Below, one piece after another: positions 22,717 to 31,604 of a DNA stretch of 37,486 nucleotides. This DNA comes from a virus: positions 1-37,486 of IMG/VR virus record IMGVR_UViG_3300045988_155952. One strand, written 5' to 3'. Made by a program: the position numbers and the translations under genes. Within the stretch, counting starts at the first letter, position 1. Each line of letters opens with the position of its first letter. The notes below the pieces were generated by a model. The model was not told the origin of the DNA. It searched no databases and saw nothing but the letters and a program-made list of their open reading frames with translations.

Positions 22717-22731
22717 TAAGCCAACTATGAC

Positions 22732-22825
22732 CTTGTATGCAATTGGGAATACAAGCGAGTGAAGCAATAAAATATTACCAATACAAGATATAAGTCTTTA
22801 CCCTTTAAAAGCATTCTTGTATTGG
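22732..22825. repeat. Two inverted-repeat hairpins built from the same CTTGTAT/ATACAAG unit, directly upstream of terL
   Basis: CTTGTAT (22732-38) pairs with ATACAAG (22749-55). CCAATACAAG (22778-87) pairs with CTTGTATTGG (22816-25), a perfect 10 bp. Confidence 0.7.
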
Positions 22826-22840
22826 AATTATTAAGGAGGT

Positions 22841-24580
22841 ATGAAGATGATACAATTTGACGGATATGAATTAACTGAAAATCAGTATAATCTTTATATC
22901 CTTAAAAAGCATTTAATAAAATATACTGGCGATATTCTAAAAGCCAATATGCTGATTGAAAAACATAAGAAGAATTTATTCGGTAAGAATGGATTAGCAG
23001 TAGCACTTGGAGAGCATGACTTTGAGTTCTATTGCTTATATTTTTTACAAGATACATTTGTACCTAAAGAAGATAATACGGCTAGAAACCTTGCACCGGT
23101 TCACCTTGAAATATGGGAAGAACTAAGCAAGATATTTATAGATGATTTATACGATAAAGAGGAATTTGTACTTCCAAGAGGTTGCAGTAAATCAACTATT
23201 ATAAATAAAGCTTTAAGCTGCTATGCGCATTGTTATAAAAAGAGTAGATATACCATTGTAATTGGTAATAAAGAAAGTGATGCTACCCAATTTATTGATG
23301 ATACTAAGCAAATGCTAAGTAATAAATACATAATCCAAGGATTTGGCGTTTTAGTTAATAGAAAGGAAAGGACAGTTAATAAGATTGAACTTGAATTAAC
23401 CAATGATACTAAAATTCAAGCCTTTTCGTGGGGCTCTTCTGTAAGAGGTACTACTTATGGTTGCATAGATGGTATATTTAGACCTTCTTTAGTTATATGC
23501 GATGATATTCTTTCAGAAGATGATATTTTAAGTGATGGCGCTAAAGAAAAGGTAATTAAAAAGTATTATACAGAAATTGCCGAGGTTGGTGATACAGAAG
23601 TAATAAGAAATGGTATTAAGATTAAAGCTGCTACCAAATTTATTATTATAGGTACACCATTAGCGCCAGATTGTTTCATAAATACAATTAGGCAAGATAG
23701 CACATTTAAAGTATTTAAAAGAAGTGTTTGTGATTTTGATGTTGACGAATACTTTGAGAATAATCAATGTTGGTTACATTATAAAAAGATACTTCTTAAT
23801 GACAAAATTGATAAAGAAGAAAAAGAGATCTTATTAAAAGAATACTACTCCAAGCATAAAGGTGAAATGGAGTTTAAGACTATTTGGGAAAAGTACCAAT
23901 GTGACAAACTGGCGCAGAAATACTTCACAAAAAGAACTGCTTTCATGCAAGAACTTATGTGTTCTACTGAAAAGATAGGGGAAAAGTGGTTTAAGAGTAT
24001 GAGAACTCAATCGAAAGAACAGATTGAGGATAATTATTTCTTAAAAACAATGTTATGCGCTGACCCAGCTTCTACAGTTACAAGAACTTCTGATAGTACC
24101 GCTTTGTGCGTTGGCTCACTTGCCAATAATGGCTTTAAATATGTTAGAAAAGGAATATTAGCAAAGCTGGGATTTGAAGAATATTGTCAAAAGGTGGTTG
24201 AGTTATTTAAGGAATATACCCAAGTAACTCACATTTATATTGAAAAGAATACATTCCAGGGCGCTGATGTGATTAGAATAAAAGAAATTATAAATGCTGA
24301 CCCAACTTTAAGAAATAGGCCAGTTACATTTATAAATGAAATGCAGAGAAAAAATAAGGATAACAAGATTTCAGCCATGGTTGATGATGTTAATTCTGGA
24401 CAAGTCATTTTCAATGAAGATGATAAAGACTTTAATCAGCAGGTATTAGATTTTGCTGGTCAACTTTATTCTTTGCATGATGATGCTCCAGATGTAACAA
24501 GTGAGTTTTGGAAGAGAATAGATGAAATACAAGTAGCTAATAAAATAACTCTATTAGATAGAAGATTATTAGGATTATAG
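22841..24580 (+). CDS. terL: Terminase large subunit
   Basis: 579 aa. There is a P-loop-like LPRGCSKST, Walker B LVICDDILSED, and a C-terminal nuclease-like half. A portal gene follows. Confidence 0.85.
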   Translation: MKMIQFDGYELTENQYNLYILKKHLIKYTGDILKANMLIEKHKKNLFGKNGLAVALGEHDFEFYCLYFLQDTFVPKEDNTARNLAPVHLEIWEELSKIFIDDLYDKEEFVLPRGCSKSTIINKALSCYAHCYKKSRYTIVIGNKESDATQFIDDTKQMLSNKYIIQGFGVLVNRKERTVNKIELELTNDTKIQAFSWGSSVRGTTYGCIDGIFRPSLVICDDILSEDDILSDGAKEKVIKKYYTEIAEVGDTEVIRNGIKIKAATKFIIIGTPLAPDCFINTIRQDSTFKVFKRSVCDFDVDEYFENNQCWLHYKKILLNDKIDKEEKEILLKEYYSKHKGEMEFKTIWEKYQCDKLAQKYFTKRTAFMQELMCSTEKIGEKWFKSMRTQSKEQIEDNYFLKTMLCADPASTVTRTSDSTALCVGSLANNGFKYVRKGILAKLGFEEYCQKVVELFKEYTQVTHIYIEKNTFQGADVIRIKEIINADPTLRNRPVTFINEMQRKNKDNKISAMVDDVNSGQVIFNEDDKDFNQQVLDFAGQLYSLHDDAPDVTSEFWKRIDEIQVANKITLLDRRLLGL

Positions 24581-24591
24581 GGGGTGAGAAT

Positions 24592-25878
24592 TTGATTATA
24601 GATTTTCAAAAGGATTATGGATTACTAAACAGCCTTTATCAAGAGTTCAATTCACAAAAGCCAACATACCAAAAGGCTTATGACTATTATTGCGGTAAAA
24701 GTGATGTAATGGTGAATTATCCAACTACAGATAGAAGTAATAATAAGATTAAAGATAACATAACTAAAGCTTTTGTAGAAGAAGAAGTTGCTTACAGTGT
24801 GGGTAACCCTGTTACTTATGTTAATAATGGTGCTGAAAAAGAAGTAGTTAAAGATATAGATTTCTTTCTTAGTAATATAAATTCAACCTTAGATATTGAA
24901 TTAGATACTACTATGAAAGTATTTGGAAGGGCATACGAAATGCACTATTTGAACGAAGGTGAGTTTAAAGCAAAGGTGTGTGGTCCCCTTGATGGAATAG
25001 CTTATATAAATACAGAGGGAAAAGTAGAATTATTCTTATATTTCTATAAAAAAATGCTAGATGATACTGTTTATGTTGATGTAATAGATGATAAATTTAT
25101 CTATAAAACAGATGAAAATTTCTGTACTATCATTGAAGCGATACCTCATTATTTTGGCAAGTGTCCGGTTTCTGTGGCCAAGCTAACTAATGATATAGAA
25201 GATACTATTTATTACACTATAAAAGAGTTGCAAGATGCACATGAAACTGTATTAAGTACATGGGGAAATGAAATAGAAGATACTAGATTAGCTTATTTGT
25301 GGATATCTGGCGCAGAACTAGACGAAAAAGATGCAGCTAAAATGAAAAAGCTGGGGATTTTACAAACTAAAGACCCACAAGGAAAGATAGGGTATCTAAT
25401 AAAAAATATACCGAGTGACTTTATAAAAACATTTAGAGATATTCTTGAAAAGGAAATATATAAGGTTACTAACCACTTAGATAACCAAACCCAAGTTCAA
25501 AGTAATACAAGTGGCACAATGTTGGCCACTAGGCTTAATTGCTTAAGAATAAAAATTACTGTTCAGCAAAGGTGCTTAAAGGAAGCTATAAAGAAAAGAA
25601 TACAAGATCTATTTACTTATCTTAATATAGCTTATAGTAAAAACTACAATTATAAAGATATAGATATTCAATTTACTTTAAATCTACCAAGTAATGATTT
25701 AGAAATGTCACAGATAATAAGTCAGCTTAATGGAAAGTTAAGTATAAAAACTGGATTATCTCAATTATCTTTTGTTACTAATGCAGATGAAGAATATCAG
25801 AAGATGCTTGATGAACAAAAAGACCTTATGGAAGAAGATTTAGACAAGCTACCAGATGAAGGTGTTGTAAATGAATAA
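24592..25878 (+). CDS. Portal protein (SPP1 gp6-like)
   Basis: 428 aa, located between terL and the Mu-F-like gene. TTG start after GGGGGTGAG. The assignment rests on position, size and family resemblance. Confidence 0.8.
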   Translation: MIIDFQKDYGLLNSLYQEFNSQKPTYQKAYDYYCGKSDVMVNYPTTDRSNNKIKDNITKAFVEEEVAYSVGNPVTYVNNGAEKEVVKDIDFFLSNINSTLDIELDTTMKVFGRAYEMHYLNEGEFKAKVCGPLDGIAYINTEGKVELFLYFYKKMLDDTVYVDVIDDKFIYKTDENFCTIIEAIPHYFGKCPVSVAKLTNDIEDTIYYTIKELQDAHETVLSTWGNEIEDTRLAYLWISGAELDEKDAAKMKKLGILQTKDPQGKIGYLIKNIPSDFIKTFRDILEKEIYKVTNHLDNQTQVQSNTSGTMLATRLNCLRIKITVQQRCLKEAIKKRIQDLFTYLNIAYSKNYNYKDIDIQFTLNLPSNDLEMSQIISQLNGKLSIKTGLSQLSFVTNADEEYQKMLDEQKDLMEEDLDKLPDEGVVNE

Positions 25879-26746
25879 GGACCAGAAGCTTTTTAGAGAT
25901 AAGTTTATTGAGTTTGCAGAAGAACTTTATAAGCAAGGGGATAAAGAACTTTTAAATATATTAAGGCAACAAAAAATAGATAGAGATAAGGTGCTAAATG
26001 AAGTTGGAATGATATTACTTAGATATGATATTAAAGATACCTCTTTAAACCTATCTCACACTGAATATATCAAGGAATACAAGAATTTAGATATACTTAT
26101 TAGTAATACTTTTGAAAGTCAATACAATGGCGAGAAGGTGGCTACAGACAAGCTGTTAAAAATGATAGCAGAAGATAAGTATTACTCTAATTCTTTTTTA
26201 TTGTCGCTAGGTTTAGATTTTAAGTTGAATAAGATAAAAACTAAAGATATAAAGAAAATCCTAGATACAACAATAGATGGTAAGAACTATAGTGATAGAA
26301 TTTGGAGCAATAAAAATAAAGTTGCCAAGGTTATAAAAAAGGAAATGAAGGATTTTCTACAAGGTAATACCAATGTAAATGATATTTACAAAGTTGTTAA
26401 AGATAGATTTAATCAAAGCGCGTACATAACTAGAAGGTTAGTTCAAAATGAAGTCGCTAGAGTACAAGAAGAAGTTAATAATCAATGGCAAGAGGATAAC
26501 AACATTGAATGGGTGCTTTATGATGGTGCTTTAGATGATAAGATTTGTGAAGAGTGCCAACAGTATGATGGTAAAACTTATAAAGTTGATGAAAAGCCTA
26601 TAGATTTACCTCAACACGTTCATTGCAGATGTACTTATATTAGTTTGCCAAGTAAAGAGTATAAGCCACGTTCAAGAGTAGATAATATATCTAAAAAAGA
26701 TATAGATTGGACTACTTACAAAGAATGGAAGGAGGGACATATTTAA
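25871..26746 (+). CDS. Minor head / head-morphogenesis protein (Phage_Mu_F, SPP1 gp7-like)
   Basis: The C-terminal signature is WVLYDGALDDKICEECQQYDGKTY...PQHVHCRCTY. Confidence 0.85.
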   Translation: MNKDQKLFRDKFIEFAEELYKQGDKELLNILRQQKIDRDKVLNEVGMILLRYDIKDTSLNLSHTEYIKEYKNLDILISNTFESQYNGEKVATDKLLKMIAEDKYYSNSFLLSLGLDFKLNKIKTKDIKKILDTTIDGKNYSDRIWSNKNKVAKVIKKEMKDFLQGNTNVNDIYKVVKDRFNQSAYITRRLVQNEVARVQEEVNNQWQEDNNIEWVLYDGALDDKICEECQQYDGKTYKVDEKPIDLPQHVHCRCTYISLPSKEYKPRSRVDNISKKDIDWTTYKEWKEGHI

Positions 26747-26919
26747 TGAGTTTCAAAGAGATGGCTAAAACATTTAAGAAAGCATCAGATATAATATATG
26801 AAATAGCTGATTTAGAAGAAAAAGAAAATAAAGGAGAGAAAGTTTCAGAAGATGAAGTGAATTTACTGATGGGTAAGTTTATGATGGTAATGAGCAAAAT
26901 ATCTGAATTTCAAAAGTAA
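26746..26919 (+). CDS. Hypothetical 57-aa protein
   Basis: The ATG at 26746 overlaps the upstream stop (TAATG) and follows GGAGGG. Confidence 0.5.
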   Translation: MSFKEMAKTFKKASDIIYEIADLEEKENKGEKVSEDEVNLLMGKFMMVMSKISEFQK

Positions 26920-27052
26920 TTAGCACTTAGGAAACTAGGTGCTTTTACTATGCCTTTTATAGCTTACCACAAGGCTTTAAAGAATGGGATAGCAATAATA
27001 TTGCATTGAACTTTATGGGGCATTTATGAACTGTAAGGGGCAAGGAGGATAT

Positions 27053-27721
27053 ATGAAAAAGAGTGATTTAATTAAGTTACTTGAAAATGCAAGTGACGAC
27101 CAAGATATAAATGAGTTAATCCTAGGTGACGAAGAGTTTAAGAATCTTGGAAAAGTTGACTTAACAAAACTTACAGTAGATGAATTTAAAAGTCTACTAA
27201 CAACAAATGAAGGAATAAAGGGTTACCAACAAAGCTTGATAGATTCAGCAGTATCTAAGGGCGTGGCTAGTTATGAAACTAATACACTACCTAAGAAAAT
27301 TGAGGAAGCTATAAAGCAAGCTGGTAATAAAAACAAAACTCCTGAACAGATAGCACTTGAAGAGTTACAGGCTAAGTTTGAGAAACTGGAAAAGGAAAAA
27401 AATAGAGCAGAATTAATGAATAAATACACTAAGACCTTAACTGAAAAAGGCTTAGATGCAGAGTTAATCGACTTTATTTTTGATGAAAGCGAAGAAGGTT
27501 TTAATACTAAGCTTAATAGTATTTCTACACTAATTCAAAGTGCTATTGACAAAGGAGTACAAGCTAAAATAAATGGTTCTAATTACGTGCCACCTAAGGA
27601 CGGGAAAGTAATTAATAACCCTTGGAAGAAGGGACAAATTAATCTAACAGAACAAGCAAGAATATTAAAAGAAAATCCAACTCTAGCTGAACAATTAAAG
27701 GCTAGTGCAAATAAAGAATAA
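27053..27721 (+). CDS. Capsid scaffolding protein (DUF4355-like)
   Basis: The ATG at 27053 follows AAGGAGG. The protein is helical and charged, with a coiled-coil (ELQAKFEKLEKEKNRAEL), and lies immediately upstream of the capsid gene. Confidence 0.7.
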   Translation: MKKSDLIKLLENASDDQDINELILGDEEFKNLGKVDLTKLTVDEFKSLLTTNEGIKGYQQSLIDSAVSKGVASYETNTLPKKIEEAIKQAGNKNKTPEQIALEELQAKFEKLEKEKNRAELMNKYTKTLTEKGLDAELIDFIFDESEEGFNTKLNSISTLIQSAIDKGVQAKINGSNYVPPKDGKVINNPWKKGQINLTEQARILKENPTLAEQLKASANKE

Positions 27722-27738
27722 AAGGGAGGAATGTCAAA

Positions 27739-28692
27739 ATGGCATCAACAAAAATTTCAGATATTATAGTTCCAGAGGTATTTAATCCTTATGTAGTTCA
27801 AAGAACTGCTGAATTATCAAAGTTAGTTCAAAGTGGTATTATCGTACCGGACCCAGAGTTAGATAAGCTAGCTACTAGTGGAGGAAAGCTTATCAATATG
27901 CCTTATTTTAAAGACTTAGATGGTGATGATGAAGTGCTTTCAGATGATAGTGCATTAACTGTAAATTCCATTAAAAGCGGAAAAGATGTAGCAGCATTAT
28001 TAATGAGAGGTAAGGCTTGGGGAGTTAATGACTTAGCAAAGGCTTTAAGTGGTGCTGACCCAATGAAAGCTATCGGTGACTTAGTTGCTGGTTACTGGGC
28101 AAGAATGAAGCAAAAGACTTTAATCGCAACATTAAAAGGTGTGTTCGCAGCAACATCTATGGCAGCCAATGTTTATGACATATCTGCTTTAGAAGGTGAT
28201 GCAGCAAAAATAAGCGGTAAGGAATTTATCGTTGCTAAGAATAAGTTAGGCGATAATTCTGAAAAACTTACTGCAGTTGCTATGCACTCTGCTACATTCA
28301 CTGCTTTAGAGCAACAAAACTTAATTCAATATTTACCAAATTCAGAAGGTGTGGTTGAGTTCCCAACTTACATGGGTAAGAGGGTGATAGTTGATGATGG
28401 TTGTCCTGTAGAAACTGATGTGTATACTACTTACTTATTCGGTCAAGGTGCTATCGGTGAAGGTAACGGACAAGCACCAGTACCAACAGAAACTGATAGA
28501 GATAGCTTAGCTGGTGAAGATATCTTAATTAACAGACAACACTTTATTTTACACCCAAGAGGAGTTAAGTTTACTAACGCTTCTGTAACTGGTGATTCAC
28601 CTTCAAACGCTGAATTAGCTACTAAGGAAAACTGGGAAAGAGTATATGATCCAAAACAAATAAGAATAGTTGCATTTAAGCATAAGCTATAA
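27739..28692 (+). CDS. Major capsid protein
   Basis: 317 aa, after the scaffold, with a strong RBS (AAGGGAGGAA) and a strong terminator downstream. The assignment rests on position and family resemblance. Confidence 0.8.
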   Translation: MASTKISDIIVPEVFNPYVVQRTAELSKLVQSGIIVPDPELDKLATSGGKLINMPYFKDLDGDDEVLSDDSALTVNSIKSGKDVAALLMRGKAWGVNDLAKALSGADPMKAIGDLVAGYWARMKQKTLIATLKGVFAATSMAANVYDISALEGDAAKISGKEFIVAKNKLGDNSEKLTAVAMHSATFTALEQQNLIQYLPNSEGVVEFPTYMGKRVIVDDGCPVETDVYTTYLFGQGAIGEGNGQAPVPTETDRDSLAGEDILINRQHFILHPRGVKFTNASVTGDSPSNAELATKENWERVYDPKQIRIVAFKHKL

Positions 28693-28696
28693 AATT

Positions 28697-28719
28697 AGGA
28701 GGGTTTCCCCCTCCTTTTT
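28697..28719 (+). terminator. Intrinsic terminator or attenuator after the capsid gene
   Basis: AGGAGGG pairs with CCCTCCT, followed by TTTTT. Confidence 0.7.
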
Positions 28720-28731
28720 AATTGAAAGGAA

Positions 28732-28917
28732 GTGGAAAGAGTGGGTTTAGCTGCTTTTAACAGAATGAGAAGAGAACAAAAAAAGAAGGCCGAAGAAGTT
28801 GATTTATCTAAATTTAAGAAAGATGAATTAATAGAAAAATGTGTCGAGTTAGGACTGATATTTGATGCAGAAATGAAAAAGGCTGATTTAATAGAACTTC
28901 TAAAAAATAATAAGTAG
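28732..28917 (+). CDS. Rho_N/SAP-like small protein
   Basis: There are two KKxELIE..LGL-type repeats (FKKDELIEKCVELGL and MKKADLIELLKNNK). The start is uncertain (GTG at 28732 or 28741). Confidence 0.55.
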   Translation: MERVGLAAFNRMRREQKKKAEEVDLSKFKKDELIEKCVELGLIFDAEMKKADLIELLKNNK

Positions 28918-28925
28918 GTGATTTT

Positions 28926-29222
28926 ATGCTTACAAGTGAAGTTTTAGAAAAGGCTTGTATTAGTGCTATAAGACAATATCTAAACGTAGATGGTATGGAA
29001 AAGTTCACAGATGAATATATAAAAGAAACTTATTCTATTGCAATAGAAGTTATGAAGGATAGTTATACAAAGTCTAATATGGCTAAGGGTGGTTTGAGTG
29101 GTGTTAATTCTATTAGCCAAGGAAGTCAAAGTATTTCTTTTAATACCAATAATGAAAGTAATGGGTTTATAAGTGATGATGTAAAAGCATTATTACCAAG
29201 ACCATATGTGAGGTTATACTAA
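28926..29222 (+). CDS. Head-tail connector (gp6-like)
   Basis: Assigned from position and size within the conserved head-tail joining block. Confidence 0.6.
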   Translation: MLTSEVLEKACISAIRQYLNVDGMEKFTDEYIKETYSIAIEVMKDSYTKSNMAKGGLSGVNSISQGSQSISFNTNNESNGFISDDVKALLPRPYVRLY

Positions 29223-29533
29223 TGATATTTTTTGCAGATACAATTATGTATAAGACCGAAAAAACAGAAATTAACCATGCTGGGCATATAAGTACAAGCT
29301 ATACAAAACTAGATGATGCTTATTATGTAAATATCCAACCAATAGATGAAAAGGCATTAACCTATACATGGGGGAAAGACATTAAATCTAATTTATCTAT
29401 GTATTCAGATGTGGATTTAAAAGTTGGGGATATTGTAGTAATTAACGATAAAGCTTATGCAATAGAAAAGAAAATAGCTTGGAGTAAATATTCCTTATAT
29501 GCACTCTTAGAAAGTGATGAAGAAGTTATATGA
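29222..29533 (+). CDS. Head closure / head-tail adaptor
   Basis: Assigned from position. The start overlaps the upstream stop. Confidence 0.55.
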   Translation: MIFFADTIMYKTEKTEINHAGHISTSYTKLDDAYYVNIQPIDEKALTYTWGKDIKSNLSMYSDVDLKVGDIVVINDKAYAIEKKIAWSKYSLYALLESDEEVI

Positions 29534-29850
29534 GTTATAAGAGCAATATTCCAAGAATTAAAAAATCTATTATGGAAGTTTTAGAAGATGCAAGCCAAGA
29601 AATTGGAGTTACAGAATTAGCAAATATGCAAAGTGTTACTCCTGTAAAGACTGGTACATTAAAAAGAAGTTTAACCTTTGTAAAAGCAAAAGAAGGGGAA
29701 ATATATTCTATTACCTGGGGAGTTCCAGAAAGTGTTCCTTATGCAGCAAAGGTTGAGTTTGAAAATAAAAGTTACTTAAGGTCGACTTTAAGAAGTGGCA
29801 CTAAAGAAATGGAAGATATATTAAGAAAGCATTTAGGAGGGATAAAATAA
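29530..29850 (+). CDS. HK97 gp10-like tail-component (neck) protein
   Basis: Assigned from position. TPVKTGTLKRS is a motif typical of the gp10 family. Confidence 0.6.
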   Translation: MSYKSNIPRIKKSIMEVLEDASQEIGVTELANMQSVTPVKTGTLKRSLTFVKAKEGEIYSITWGVPESVPYAAKVEFENKSYLRSTLRSGTKEMEDILRKHLGGIK

Positions 29851-30216
29851 ATGAGTTACATTGAACAAATGTCAGTTGAGGTTTGGAGTAAATTAAATGA
29901 GTTATCCCCCGATAATGTTTTTGATTTAATTCCTAGTGACTTTGATTTTACTAAGAAAGTAGCAGTTGAATATAAGATTGGTGAAAGTGTACTAGATCAA
30001 GTTTATAAAAATCAATACACCTTACAAATAAGAATTGTAGGGAATTTTAATAGCCAATTATACAAAATTTTAAATTTAGCTGAATTTATAGACAAGGAAA
30101 TGAACAAGGCTGAAATTCTTGAATCGAGAATTACAAGAGAATCGCCTTACATGACAAGCTATAATGACGAAGATAAGTACAATGTAGTTTTACAGTATTT
30201 AATTAATAGATATTAA
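29851..30216 (+). CDS. Tail completion / tail terminator protein
   Basis: Assigned from its position directly before the major tail gene. Confidence 0.55.
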   Translation: MSYIEQMSVEVWSKLNELSPDNVFDLIPSDFDFTKKVAVEYKIGESVLDQVYKNQYTLQIRIVGNFNSQLYKILNLAEFIDKEMNKAEILESRITRESPYMTSYNDEDKYNVVLQYLINRY

Positions 30217-30230
30217 AGGAGAGTGATATA

Positions 30231-30791
30231 ATGTCAGCAGTTGCTAAGCAATTTATTGTTGATACTCCAACTTTGTATTATGGGGATATAGATTTAAGTA
30301 ATCCAGATACATGGGCGGAAACACTAAAAGGAAAAGAATTAGGATTATCTAAAGATGGAATAAAGTTTAGTTGTAAGCCAACTATTAGGCAGATAGAATA
30401 TGACGGAAGAATGGAAAGGCAAGTCCAAGGAATGGACAGAATTACAAAGTGGGATATATCTGCAGAAGGTGAGATAGTCCAATTTAAACCGGAATTATTA
30501 CCAATGGCACTTATTAAAAAAGGTACTACAGAAAGTACAAAATTTGACTTGTATACACCATCTAATAAAATTGAAGATGCTGACTTTAAGATGTTAGTTA
30601 TAGTTGGTAAAGTCCACAACTCTGATGAACCAATAATTATAGTGGTTGAAAATACCTATAACGGCGAAGGGTTTGAGTTTGAAGGAAAAGACAATGAGGA
30701 AAGCACAGCTACATTCACTATGAATGCACACTATAAGCAAGATAGTGATGATGTACCTTGTAAAATCTATTGCAAGAAAGCAGTTGTATAG
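30231..30791 (+). CDS. Major tail protein
   Basis: Assigned from position. It has a strong RBS and is followed by a terminator and the chaperone pair. Confidence 0.7.
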   Translation: MSAVAKQFIVDTPTLYYGDIDLSNPDTWAETLKGKELGLSKDGIKFSCKPTIRQIEYDGRMERQVQGMDRITKWDISAEGEIVQFKPELLPMALIKKGTTESTKFDLYTPSNKIEDADFKMLVIVGKVHNSDEPIIIVVENTYNGEGFEFEGKDNEESTATFTMNAHYKQDSDDVPCKIYCKKAVV

Positions 30792-30820
30792 GATTAGGGA
30801 AACCTAGTCCTTTTTATTTT
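30791..30820 (+). terminator. Intrinsic terminator or attenuator after the major tail gene
   Basis: GGATTAGG pairs with CCTAGTCC (8 bp, one G:T), followed by TTTTTATTTT. Confidence 0.65.
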
Positions 30821-30839
30821 ATAGAAAAGAGGTTTGAGT

Positions 30840-31283
30840 ATGAAAATAACTACACAACAATGTATTTCGATATTAAAGTTCATTAACGCTATGGGAATTA
30901 AGAAAGACCTTATAGATGGTATTAAAAAGATTTTAGGGTTGAAAAATGATAGTGATTTATTAACTAGATCTATTGCTGAAAAACTTGGCGATAAAAAAGA
31001 TGATATTAACGAAGTGGCAAAGTTCCTTATGGAAAATGAAGATATAAGGAACCAAAGAAATAGATTAAGTGAAGAACAACAAGGTTGTTTATTTGAAATT
31101 GTATATTTAATTATAGAAGGTATTCCAAGAGCAGAGGACTTATTTTATAAGACTATTGCAGATATAAAAGGATTAGATGTAGAAGTTGTAAAATGCACAG
31201 ATGGTGCTGAAACTGTAGAGTTTATAAAAGAAATTATTCAAAGTGAGACTTTTATGGGTTTTTTCAAATTGACTATGAAGTAG
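30840..31283 (+). CDS. Tail assembly chaperone (G-like, zero-frame product)
   Basis: The ATG at 30840 lies 8 nt after AGAGGT. It sits between the major tail and tape-measure genes. Confidence 0.75.
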   Translation: MKITTQQCISILKFINAMGIKKDLIDGIKKILGLKNDSDLLTRSIAEKLGDKKDDINEVAKFLMENEDIRNQRNRLSEEQQGCLFEIVYLIIEGIPRAEDLFYKTIADIKGLDVEVVKCTDGAETVEFIKEIIQSETFMGFFKLTMK

Positions 31284-31582
31284 AAAGTTTAGGTGGGAAT
31301 TTAATAGGTTTACTTATTAAATATAATATCTATTTCACAATACTTCATATGCCGATAAGCGAGAGTTTAGAGTTGATTGTAAGCATTGTAAACACTCACT
31401 ATGAGGAACGGAAGTACAAGGAATGGTTATTTGGTACTGTTCTAAATGGAATTTGTGGTGGAAAGCTACAATCTTATACAGAATTTTTAGGAATAAAGAA
31501 TACAAGTAACTTTACTTCTTCAAAATCGGTTGAGGAAATTAAAAAAGAAAATGAAGAAATATTAGAAAACTTCTTTAAATAA
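30840..31582 (+). CDS. Tail assembly chaperone, -1 frameshift-extended product (G-T-like)
   Basis: The slippery heptamer T_TTT_TTC at 31259-31265 is in X_XXY_YYZ register with the 30840 frame. The -1 frame is open from there through ORF 31349..31582; every codon between was read and no stop was found. Confidence 0.65.
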
Positions 31583-31604
31583 TCCCAAGCGAGGGGGTGA
31601 GAGA

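Noticed and set aside
22524-22724. 66-aa minus-strand ORF (MAYGGKYRIRTCG...)
   Set aside because: It is antisense to tRNA-Ser(GCU). The GGKYRIRTCG-type translation is the classic artefact of reading through a tRNA T-arm and acceptor. There is no RBS.
31349-31582. Stand-alone 77-aa gene
   Set aside because: It has no RBS. It is contiguous in the -1 frame with the chaperone gene through a T_TTT_TTC slippery site, so it is better explained as the frameshift extension.
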